DNA from: Promethearchaeota archaeon Loki_b31
GTDB taxonomy: Archaea > Asgardarchaeota > Lokiarchaeia > Sigyniarchaeales > SOKP01
Length of the DNA stretch: 64,000 nt
Direction: 5' to 3'
Assembly (NCBI GenBank): GCA_005222975.1
Contig: NJBI01000008.1
Location: forward strand, 23,168 to 87,167
Part shown: positions 32,501-42,522 of the stretch, piece after piece
Position numbering within the stretch: position 1 is the first letter of the stretch
Layout: the number at the start of each line of letters is the position of its first letter
Notes under the pieces: generated by a model
What the model saw: only the letters and a program-made list of their open reading frames with translations
Databases searched by the model: none
Told to the model about the DNA's origin: nothing
Made by a program: the position numbers and the translations under genes

Positions 32501-35500
32501 ATTTACTACCTTGTGTAGAATTACGCTTTCGATTGGGTAATTAAACGCCCCATACAAGTCAGCTAACGGTATTTTTGCGGAATAAAACTCTTTCTCCTCG
32601 TCTAAAAGGTCGGTCGAATCGATACCTTTCGTGTTTGACGCCCCAAAAGAGGCGATGTCCACGAAGAGATAACCAAATTTTCTGGACTCGCTAAGTTGGT
32701 CGTATCTTTGGGAACTTATTATCAACGGACTGAAAAGCGAAGATAAAGGCGCTGTATCGTCTTCTTGAGCGAATAGATATTGAGGAGTTGCGTCCGAACA
32801 GATCGGTTTTATAGAATTGAGAGAACCTCCAGTTTTTTCGTTAATTTCGTGCTGTAAGTAGCCGAGGGTGTTTTGTCTTAACTTGTAAGAATTGTAGTTC
32901 TGAATGATTCTTAGAACCATTTGAGGACCCGTTTTATAATATTTCATCGGTGCGGAAAAGAAAGTGGGCTCGTAGACCTCGTAAATAGGTTCTAATTCTA
33001 ACATTTTATCGACTAAATCTGGGTCTTCGAAGTAGGTGTAGTGTTTTTGGTCGTTGTACGAATAAAGCTCGCTCGAGACCATTAAAAAGTCTAAATTGTG
33101 GTAATCGAAGTCTAGTCCAGCCATTATATCGGGATTTACATCTTGCGGTAAGGTGTTTGTCCACTTTAGATCGATATTAGACCAGATAAAATCTAAAAAG
33201 CCCGTGTTAGAGCCTCTCCAACAACGAGCGTCGCTTGGAGGGGCGGCAACAACGTAGGCGAGGTATTCGTTTCCGGTTTGACCGCCTCGAACTTCAGCGT
33301 AATAAGTTCCGGGGTGACCACTTAACGCAGCAGGCATGCTATCGCTCCAAATGTCGTCCGTAGGATATTTTTTATTGAGAATTCTTGGTTGATTGTTATT
33401 GGCGTCTTCTGAGTAAAAAGTTTGCGAGCGCAACTTTGCTTCTGCCTCGCGGGCTTTCACGTCGTTAGTAATTAAACTTAGCGAAGTATATATAGCAAAA
33501 TACACGGGCAATGCCACCAGATCAGTAAAGATTCTCGCTAAAGCCGCAGCCACTCCCGCAATTATAGAAATAGTAACTTGCTCGGTTAAATCGCGTTCGT
33601 ATCGTTCGCCAAATATCTTCCAAACTTTATTGAATTCTTTATGGCGGGTCTCGTAGAAAAGCTCGGAAAATCTGGCGTTTTGAGCACTTGTTGTGATTAA
33701 CTTTCTTATTTCAAATACGTTGTCTTTGAGCTCGTATCCGTCGCGCTCGTCTTCTGGGAACAAACGGTCGCTCCTTCCTAATTTTGCAAACTCAAATATA
33801 TTTCCTTCCGTTTGATGGAACTCGTGAGATAATACGTCTCTAAATTCGTTTAAATTTTCTATAGGCCAACCAGTTTCGGTTCTAGAATACGGAATAAAAT
33901 CGTGTTTACCGTCGTAATTAAATCCAATAGCCATAACTTCGTAGTAAGCATCGTCTCCCTCGCCCTTTACTGGAGAAAGCACGTAAACCGTTTCCCAAAA
34001 TCCGTTTTCATCGCTATCGTAATAGAGATAATGACCGTTGGTTTTGGCTGCCTTCCCACCGTTGCGCTTGAAAGATTCCTTATCGGAAGTATAGTAAACT
34101 TTGCCATCAGCGGGGGTAATAAAAACGCCTGTTATTTTCAATTTCATGTCGGAAGTGCTCGAGGTCTTTAACGAGACAACTTTCTTATAGTCGTCGTAAG
34201 GGTTAATTCTACTAGGAATAACTATGTTTATTTCTCGCTCGAACAGATTAATATTTTCGCTAGAAGAAGTTTCCGAATTTACTATAGTTAAAGACTCAAA
34301 CTTACTTGGAACGTTAGAACCGTCGTCCCATTTGTCGTATTCTTCGGTTTGAACTGCGGGGATAAAATCAAGTGGAACGTCTTGCTGTTGCCCCGTTTCG
34401 AGACTAGTTATGGTTTGGCTAAGGTCGATTCCTAAGTCGATCGTCTCGTCTTCAAACAAATCCTTATACACTCTGATTTCTATTAGCGTGCCGTTATCCC
34501 AGTGATTTACGGTAATTTGTTCGCTTATTTGATTATCAACGTAAAGTTTTGTAGTTATTATCGAATATTTCTTGTAAGTTTGAGTTAGAGTTTCTCGAAT
34601 ATCCGAGGCGAGCCAGTGGTAACTACTTGGATAAGATCCGCTTTCGATCATTTCAGGAGTGAGCTTCTCGTTAAAAATAGGATCAACCCTTCCTCCTGAA
34701 ATTAAAGACCCTATCCACTCAGCCATGCTAGCGTATATGTAAGTAATCGCGTTCTGAGGTTTTGCCGCTAAAATAGTGGTTTCGCTGTTTGTAACGCGTG
34801 TATATTGAACGGTATCTGTTTTTTCGTATGTATATTGAATATCGGCGGCTCCATCGTAATCTTCGTCTACCATAACAGAATAAAACGAACTTTGAATGGA
34901 ATAATCGGTAGAATAAGTTTGCTCGACGCTTTTTCTGGCCCAATAATCTATATCTGTAAAGATAATCGTAGATAACGAAGTTGAGGTAGCAAACTGGGCA
35001 TCGTCTACATCAAACCATTTAGTAGTCTCTCTTGGTCTTGATTTTAAGTTGTAGAGAGATTCGCTTCCTAAAAAGTCGTTTATGACCGTGTGCCAAACGA
35101 TCTCGTTAGAATCTACGTCAGATTCAACACCAAATCTTATAACATCGATTTTACCGTTCTTATCTACGTCAATCACATGTTTAAAGTCTCTTTTACCGTC
35201 CATATCTGAATCAGCTTCGTATATAACGTTATAAGGGTCTAAATAAAGCTCAAAATTGTCAAATAAAGCAGAAGAAATGTATCCCTTAAGGGTTTTATTA
35301 GAGCTTAGTTCAGAATTTCGGGTGTAATCAATTGAAGTAAACGAAGTACTATCAGAAGCTATTGTCTCAGCGCGCTCTACAAATAAATAATCGCCCGCAT
35401 TTACCGAATATTCGAAAGAACCCGACAAGTAATCGTAAAACGAATTTTCTAAGTCGGCTAAATTACTCTGGTTGAAAGAGTCCGATAAATACAATTTAGT

Positions 35501-35940
35501 TTTTGTCGACACAGGTCCGTGTGTAAAGTTTAAAACGACCGTAATAGCGTCAAATTCGTTTAATAAACCATCAGTTGAGATTAAGTCTGTTATAGTAATT
35601 GTTTTAGCAGAAATATCAAAATTCACGCTATAATTGGTGTTATCGTCGTCGATAAATTTTTCTGAAAAGTTAGCGTAAAGTCCAACGATTCTAAACAACG
35701 AGAGATTTAAGAAGTCTTTATCGAAATCGTATTCGAGTTCAAAAGAGTAAATATATTCGTCGGTCTCGGTATAAACAACGAAGTTTTCGGAGTAGAATTG
35801 CTCGATCTCGTAGTCATAGTTGCTATTTTCTATTAATTCTCCGTACCATTCTTCGAACCTAGGAGTTAACAAGTAATCGTAATTATATATTAATTCGAAA
35901 GATTCAAAGTTTGCGTTCTCGTATTTTAAATCGATTCCTC
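26537..35940 (-). pseudogene. Giant (>3100 codon) surface/polyvalent protein gene, 5'-truncated and split by one in-frame TAA
   Basis: ORFs 31364-35872 and 26537-31345 share a frame (GGA TAA GAC GCC GAG CTT AAG AGC TTG); frame continues upstream of 35872 to ~35940 with no ATG; DxDxDG-like Ca motifs; hydrophobic helices. Confidence 0.75.
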
Positions 35941-36147
35941 TGGGTAGCCTTCGTATCGAAAGATTTCAATTAGTTTTTCTTCTACAATCTTTTTTTTCCT
36001 TTCTTGGATTTGTTCTGTATCGCCTTCTTTTAAAATGTTTCGGATAGAAGGATACGAGATTCCTTCTAATCTTGCTATGTCTTTTTTGCTTACTCCCTTA
36101 TTATATAGTTCTAATATTTTCGCTTTTTTTTCTTCGGAAATTGTCAT
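35926..36147 (-). CDS. Hin/resolvase-type HTH protein, probably C-terminally truncated
   Basis: KILELYNKGVSKKDIARLEGISYPSIRNIL HTH; ends at the junction with the giant gene. Confidence 0.75.
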   Translation of the reverse strand: MTISEEKKAKILELYNKGVSKKDIARLEGISYPSIRNILKEGDTEQIQERKKKIVEEKLIEIFRYEGYPEESI

Positions 36148-36671
36148 GAAATTTTATTCCTCATTTTTAGTGAAAATTTTAGCTTATTTTTCTGAATAAT
36201 TATTGAATAATTTCTGAGAACGGTATTGGTATTTTTCATTTTTTTCAGTTAAAAATTTTTTTGAAATTTTTTTTGAAACTTAATTTTTTAAACTTATTTT
36301 TTGGCGTTTAGGAGCTTGTTTAATATTTACATTTTCATGCTTTTAAATTTTTAGTAATAATATTCACAATAATACTTACTATTAATACTAAAATAGATTT
36401 TTCAGAAAATTGCGAAATCGCTATAATTCGGTTTTTTGTTTTGGTTTTTGTCGATAAAAATCACGGTATTACCGATTTGTAAATTCAATTCCGATAAAAA
36501 TATTGGTTTTGTTGGCTTGGTATTATTTATACTTGTAAGAGCTTTTTCCAATTCTCTATTTCCAATTTTAAAATTTGGAAGTTGGAAGTAGGAAGTAAGA
36601 AAAAGGCACATTTAAAAGGTAGTAATCTAAATAACACATAATTAAAAATTAAATATCTGGATGTGTGAATT

Positions 36672-36932
36672 ATGGCAAAAAAATTGAAATGTTCCCCTGA
36701 CGAAATGCTTTCTTGGATGAAAATAGCCAGAGAATCGGAGAAACTTCAACCCGACGCAAGCAAGGTGACGCTTGTTCAAGTAAAAGAAGCCGTTAAAACG
36801 GTTTTTGATGAAGGTAAAGGTTGTTTTCCGAAACCAAAAGGCAGGGCTATTGGCGAAAGGGCTAAGGAGTTAGGAGCTTACAAGAAAACCATAGAAAAAC
36901 GCTTAGGAATAAAAATAAAGGATTTGTATTAA
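36672..36932 (+). CDS. Small basic protein with weak similarity to the histone H2B C-terminal half or DEK-C
   Basis: 86 aa, Lys-rich; IARESEKL..SKVTLVQVKEAVKTVF..RAIGERAKELGAY; first gene of a 3-gene run. Confidence 0.6.
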   Translation: MAKKLKCSPDEMLSWMKIARESEKLQPDASKVTLVQVKEAVKTVFDEGKGCFPKPKGRAIGERAKELGAYKKTIEKRLGIKIKDLY

Positions 36933-36976
36933 AATATAAATTAATTCTAAATAATTTTTTTTTACAAATATAATAG

Positions 36977-37315
36977 GTGATAAAAATAACTGAAGTAAAA
37001 AAACCAGAATCGTGTAAACCCCTATACATACTGCAAAACTTGGGGAGCATAAAAAAGGATGCTAACAAGTTAGATTTTATTGCAGACACATTAAAAAGGT
37101 GTGCTGTTGCTCCCGCAAAAAAGCCCCGACAAATGAGTGGTTACAACTGTTTTGTGAAAATACAAATAAAGAAAACGGGAAAACCGTTAAAAGAAGTCGT
37201 GAAAGCGAGAACTTGGAGTACGCTTGAGCCAAAACAGAAAAAAATTTGGAAATCTCTCGCTCTTGAAGGGTGTCCGCCACGATTGTGGGAAACAGAAGCT
37301 TTAAAATTAAAATAA
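36977..37315 (+). CDS. HMG-box-like DNA-binding protein
   Basis: KKPRQMSGYNCFVK...ARTWSTLEPKQKKIWKSLA matches the HMG-box pattern PKRPxSAYxxF...WxxLxxxEKxxYxxxA. Confidence 0.65.
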   Translation: MIKITEVKKPESCKPLYILQNLGSIKKDANKLDFIADTLKRCAVAPAKKPRQMSGYNCFVKIQIKKTGKPLKEVVKARTWSTLEPKQKKIWKSLALEGCPPRLWETEALKLK

Positions 37316-37455
37316 TGAGCAATATAGAGAAACTTGAGGATGTTAGTTTAAGCGAAATGGTTCGAGAAATCAAAAAATACTTTATAGAGCGTGGTTTCGA
37401 GTACAAAGGCAAAACTAACGAGGGAATTTCTATTTTTAAAAAAACAGATAAATAA
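37315..37455 (+). CDS. Small hypothetical protein translationally coupled to the HMG-like gene
   Basis: TAATG stop/start overlap at 37313-37317; MSNIEKLEDVSLSEMVREIKKYF... Confidence 0.55.
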   Translation: MSNIEKLEDVSLSEMVREIKKYFIERGFEYKGKTNEGISIFKKTDK

Positions 37456-37557
37456 AAAAGCTCCGATAAAAATCCTTTTTTTGATGTAATATTTATAATA
37501 TTTATTTGAGTGTAAAATATCAAAAAAGAAATAATGTATCCAAAAAACGCCTAAAAA

Positions 37558-37710
37558 TTAGGTTTTTTGATTAGAGTTAATCTTTAATTTCTCATATTTT
37601 AAAACAAGAATTTGGATGGTGTCCGAAAGCGATTTGCTTCCGAATTTCTCTTTATAACGCAATAAAATATCTCGAACTTTTATGTCCACTTTTATAGTTG
37701 TAGAAGTCAT
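37558..37710 (-). CDS. Ribbon-helix-helix / antitoxin-like DNA-binding protein
   Basis: MTSTTIKVDIKVRDILLRYKEKFGSKSLSDTIQILV beta-alpha-alpha pattern; start at ATG 37710. Confidence 0.65.
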   Translation of the reverse strand: MTSTTIKVDIKVRDILLRYKEKFGSKSLSDTIQILVLKYEKLKINSNQKT

Positions 37711-37979
37711 AATAATATAAAATATAAAACCAAGCGAAATATTTAAATTGTCGGAGAATATATTAACAATATACTGAGAGCATATTAAATATTTCAATCA
37801 CTTTGAGAAAACAGAAAAAAAATAAATTTTAAAAGGTTAAAAAATTGGCAAAAGAGAAAAGCGAATTTATAATATCATTAGAAAAAAAGCTTAAGGAACA
37901 TTGGGAAGATACAAAAGAAGAGCGAGGGAAAACACATACTGCTAAGATTCATCAGAAATTAAATAAAAAAGCGTAGAAA

Positions 37980-38150
37980 TATGGCGTCCTTTTCGCTCGG
38001 GGGGACTTTGGGTAATTGCCGAGAGTAAGCGAGCTTGTAAACCCGCCATACTACAAAAACGATTTCGAAAAATTTAAATTGGGGAAGGATTAAAACGATA
38101 CATTCAAGAATGATTGCCATCTGATGTATGTGTCAACCTAATCCTTTCCC
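37980..38150. ncRNA. Candidate structured element: two adjacent GC-rich stem-loops
   Basis: TATGGCG/CGCCATA closing stem with internal TCGC/GCGA and CTCGG/CCGAG; second stem GGGAAGGATTA/TAATCCTTTCCC. Confidence 0.35.
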
Positions 38151-38196
38151 ACCTTTTATTTTAAATTACAAATAAGGAGTGTGATAAAAAGAAAAG

Positions 38197-38397
38197 ATGC
38201 CTAAGATGACAAAAACTCTTGAGTTTTGGAAAGGGGAAAGAATAGCTATACCGACAAGTAAAATATATAAATGTCAAAGATGTGAATATAAAACCAAATG
38301 TGGTGAAATTTATCTTTTAAATCATTATGCTCAGCCTTTCATTCCGAGAAGGGAGACTCTAATAGATTTTTGTCTTTTAAACTTTGATTCAATCTAA
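38197..38397 (+). CDS. Small Cys-containing hypothetical protein
   Basis: AGGAGTGTGA upstream; CQRC..C motif. Confidence 0.5.
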   Translation: MPKMTKTLEFWKGERIAIPTSKIYKCQRCEYKTKCGEIYLLNHYAQPFIPRRETLIDFCLLNFDSI

Positions 38398-38509
38398 CCC
38401 TCTCATTTGCTCCCTTCTCAATTTACTTTTACAAAAACACGATGGAATCAATAGGGCTTCCCGATTGACCGTAAACACTAAAATTTAAAACAAAAAATGG
38501 CAAAAAACT

Positions 38510-39157
38510 ATGAGAGTTATGAGAGAAAACATAAAAATTGTTTTAATTGGAATATTAGTTTTTACTGGGGGATTGGCGTTAGGAAGTTTTGTGATGATTG
38601 GTATAAAAACGCAAGAACTACAAGATGTTCAGAACGACGCAGATTATTGGGAAAATCGATACAACAACCTTTTAGGCGATTACAACGATTTATTGGATGA
38701 TTACAACATTTTGTTTGGCGATTACCAATCGATATTAAGCGTATTGGAAGACCCTCTAACAAACCCAGTATTACCGACTAATAGCGAGCTTTATTATTGG
38801 TTAGAAGACGACAATACGGACACACATAAATATACTGAAAATTGGCGAAGTGGAGATTTTTCCGCAATGCTTATGGTTAGAGCTAAAGAAATGAACTGGC
38901 GAATGAGAATATCTTGTATGTTTTGGAGCTATGACGGTGATGTCGGTTGGCAAGACCCTGCCGAGCCTTACGGTTCATACGGACACGCTTTTAATGTAAT
39001 ATTGTGTCAAGATTGCGATGGCGATGGTAATGAAGATTGGTTATATGTCGAACCACAAACCGATAGAGTGTGGTATGTAATTATTGGAGCTGAATCTTTT
39101 GTTCATTACGACATTTGGCTAACTTTTACTGGCGGAATAACGGGGACTGTGTGTTAA
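38510..39157 (+). CDS. Membrane-anchored coiled-coil plus papain/transglutaminase-like domain protein
   Basis: N-terminal TM; YNxL heptad repeats; (S)GDFS..L, GHAFN and YVEPQTD motifs. Confidence 0.7.
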   Translation: MRVMRENIKIVLIGILVFTGGLALGSFVMIGIKTQELQDVQNDADYWENRYNNLLGDYNDLLDDYNILFGDYQSILSVLEDPLTNPVLPTNSELYYWLEDDNTDTHKYTENWRSGDFSAMLMVRAKEMNWRMRISCMFWSYDGDVGWQDPAEPYGSYGHAFNVILCQDCDGDGNEDWLYVEPQTDRVWYVIIGAESFVHYDIWLTFTGGITGTVC

Positions 39158-39312
39158 GGAAACAATGGAAATAATGAAAAATATTGATAATATTATAGAT
39201 ATTGATAATATTATAGATCAATATGGTGGATGGCCGATAGAATAATGAATAAAAAAAATTAATATTAAAAAAAAAAAAAAGCGAGATAAAAATAAAGAAG
39301 CTTAAAGATTCT

Positions 39313-39822
39313 GTGGAAATCAATGTTCCGCCAGAGAGAGTATGGAAAAGTGATAAATTAGATCAAGAAACAAAGGAATTGATGAGAAAAAAAGTTGAGG
39401 AACATTTTTCAAAGGAAGAACAAGTATTAGACTTTATCTTAAATCTTGATCCAGATAGTCTAACTTTGGATTCTACAATTCTAAAATTAGAAGCATTAAG
39501 AACACAAGGTCAAAAAATTAAAGATAAGTAATATAAACGGAAATTAGGCATTGCTCAGTATCTTGAGAAGATAGTTTTGCGGAAAATCGCTTATATGTGT
39601 TTAAAATATAAGATTCATCGAGCCATTTTTGAATTGAGTAACGGAATGGATAAAATTTTAGAATTGTTAGAGAGATTACCTTTTTTTAACACTTACTATC
39701 TTTTGCATAAAGGATTGGACGATATTCCAGACCACCCCATCAATTCTCATGATTTACAAGACAGCTATAGCTTTTGTTTTGCACTTCCATACTGTGATTA
39801 TGTTGCTGGTGAGATGCCTTAA
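39313..39822 (+). pseudogene. PIN-like domain gene fragment with in-frame TAA at 39529-39531
   Basis: ORFs 39313-39531 and 39577-39822 share a frame; HDLQD....ALPYCD..AGE motif. Confidence 0.5.
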
Positions 39823-40133
39823 AAAACAAAGAAAAGCTAATAAAAATCGTTAAGAACGTATTAGATTAAGTAATTACTACCTTAGTACTACTTTAGAAGG
39901 GTCTAAATTACAAGTCAAGTAGAGCTTTTTTATTTTCATTTATCTTTTTTATTTTCATTTATCTATGGATTGCAGCTCTATTTTTTACTATAAAATATAA
40001 AAAAATTAAATATTCCAAGAAAGAAAAACTAATTACTATAGAGTCTGACGAAAACTCCGAGAAAGATGACCTTGGAGATAATTTTATAATTAACAAAGAG
40101 TTAGAATCTAAAATTAATAATATCCTTGAGAAA

Positions 40134-40883
40134 ATGAAATCTAACTTTAGATTATTTCAACTGCTTAATTTTATTCTAATTATTCCTGTTCCGCTTTTAG
40201 TAATGAATTTAATACTGTCAATGGTAACTTTGTATCAATTATTAGTATTAAATTATGTATTTACGAATCTTATAGCGTTTATTTCATATCAATCAGTATT
40301 GTTATTTCTAAATTTATTCGTCTTCTTTATTGAAGGATTAAGGATAATTGATTTCTTAATCATTTATAGAATTAATCAAAACTTAGAAAACGTATTTAGT
40401 AAAAGGATAGATAGATATTTGGACCAATTTAAGGAATATAGTAGTACAAATATTAAGGAACTTTATGTAGATAAGGAAAAATTATTATTCTCGCTAAACA
40501 ATTGGAATGAACTCTATCTAGGAACTTTTTTTAATTCAGCCGAATCTAATCTAAAGATTTCTGATTTTAGGGATTTATTATTTATTGAAGATAATGAGCA
40601 ATATTATGCGTATATATTCTCGAATCTAAAACATCGACTTCTTGATTATCTTAGTTATAACGTAATTGAAGGTAAAATCAATGAAAACAAGGAGAACTTG
40701 ACTAATGTATTACTAATAATTGAAAACATCATTAATAAACTAGATTATAACATCAAACTTACTAATCAAATTCTAAAAAATAAACATGAAAGAAAAAAAA
40801 TGATTACAACATGGCTAAGAATTATTAATAGCCCAATCTCAATATTTTTTACCTTATTTTATTTCTTTTCAGGAATCGTATAA
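40134..40883 (+). CDS. Hypothetical membrane protein
   Basis: Two N-terminal and one C-terminal hydrophobic segments. Confidence 0.6.
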   Translation: MKSNFRLFQLLNFILIIPVPLLVMNLILSMVTLYQLLVLNYVFTNLIAFISYQSVLLFLNLFVFFIEGLRIIDFLIIYRINQNLENVFSKRIDRYLDQFKEYSSTNIKELYVDKEKLLFSLNNWNELYLGTFFNSAESNLKISDFRDLLFIEDNEQYYAYIFSNLKHRLLDYLSYNVIEGKINENKENLTNVLLIIENIINKLDYNIKLTNQILKNKHERKKMITTWLRIINSPISIFFTLFYFFSGIV

Positions 40884-40926
40884 TCACTTTATAATCCAAT
40901 AAAATTCATTGACCTTAGATAGTTGG

Positions 40927-41826
40927 TTTTAAAACCTTGTTTTATTGGATATTTTATTACTACATAAGGAGTTATACCCAAACACATATAGAAAATTTTT
41001 TCCATTTCAATCCTTGTTTTGTTGGATATTTTATTGTTACTAATATACACTTCAAAACTTTGGATGCAAGAGAGTTAATTTCAATCCTTATTTTGTTGGA
41101 TATTTTATTGTTACGAAGGAGAAACATACTGGGACGATTTGTGGGAAAAATAATTTCAATCCTTATTTTGTTGGATATTTTATTGTTACGATACGGTATG
41201 GACTTATTTGTGTGAGAAATATAATATTTCAATCCTTATTTTGTTGGATATTTTATTGTTACCATTGATGATTTATACATTCCTTATTTTGTTGGATATT
41301 TTATTGTTACCCCAGTCTGCCGTAGCTTTTAGTGCGACCACTTTTATATTTCAATCCTTATTTTGTTGGATATTTTATTGTTACTTATGATTGGACCGAG
41401 CAGAAAGGGATTAGTTTCAGATTTCAATCCTTATTTTGTTGGATATTTTATTGTTACATCTCTTCCACTACATGTCATACATGAATCTCTTTTATTTCAA
41501 TCCTTATTTTGTTGGATATTTTATTGTTACTACTGAGGGTATTACGATTTGGAACCAAGTTTGGACTATTTCAATCCTTATTTTGTTGGATATTTTATTG
41601 TTACAGGTAATGTTAATAAGGATGTTTTACCAAAGATATTTTATTTCAATCCTTATTTTGTTGGATATTTTATTGTTACTTAATAACCCGGAAATATGAA
41701 TCAAAACATCAACTCATTTCAATCCTTATTTTGTTGGATATTTTATTGTTACAAAAAATGAGAGAAAGAACATTTAAAAATAGTCCAAAATTTCAATCCT
41801 TATTTTGTTGGATATTTTATTGTTAC
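40927..41826 (-). CRISPR. CRISPR array 1: 13 repeats (one degenerate terminal, one truncated), 12 spacers; repeat GTAACAATAAAATATCCAACAAAATAAGGATTGAAAT
   Basis: 37-bp repeats with unique ~36-40-bp spacers; 3' ATTGAAAT on the minus strand; leader on the right. Confidence 0.97.
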
Positions 41827-42360
41827 CCTTAATTTTTTAATAATATAATACGCTAAGGCACTATTTAAATTTTGTTGAGGAGCAATTATTAATTCGTTGA
41901 AGGCGCCTTATTTCTATTCTTTTGATTTTTGAGCTAGCTCTAAGGATTCTATACGATTTTTTCTCGAGCTGAGGTCTATCGTTCGAGAATTCTTTTTCGT
42001 ATCTTCTGGCGCGTGAGTTGTTGTAAACAAAAAGATTTCGAACATTAAAAATTTCTCGTTTGATATTTAAAGAAGCTCGGCGAAATTTGGTTCAAGGAAA
42101 ACGCTCGCAAGCTCTTTTTCGTCTCAATATTAGCTAGTTGTTTTTATAATAGTTTGCTTAAATTAAAGAATTTTAGAATTCATACGACCATAGCCTAACT
42201 TTGCTTTCGGGCTTTTTTATCGAGAAACACTCGATCAAGTGGACTTCTCCTTAACAAAAAGCTCTCATTGAGGCGTTGAATTAAATTAAATGGTTAGCTT
42301 GTACAAAATCGTAAAAAAAAATACTTCGATCCTCGAAATGGTTTAAATACTTTAAATATA
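41827..42360 (-). promoter_or_regulatory. Leader of array 1 (inverted homolog of 52848-53380)
   Basis: Abuts the first repeat; about 90% identical by eye to the reverse complement of leader 2. Confidence 0.85.
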
Positions 42361-42522
42361 TTTATTTCTTAGTTTGGACTCCAAAAAAATTTGACTTTTC
42401 AAGAGAAATCTCGCTTTTATTTACTACGAGATATTTTTATAAATAATTTAAATTATTAGTGTTATTAAAAATCCAATAATTAATTTTATAAAGACAAATT
42501 TGGATATATTGGCATTAATGCT

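Noticed and set aside
26537-39157. Assignment to a named Asgard element (e.g. an Aloposon) or a provirus
   Set aside because: No recognisable ParB, element-specific transposase, capsid or terminase; a giant gene alone is not enough
40937-41699. ORF-track peptides over array 1
   Set aside because: They are translations of CRISPR repeats (ISILILLDILLL)
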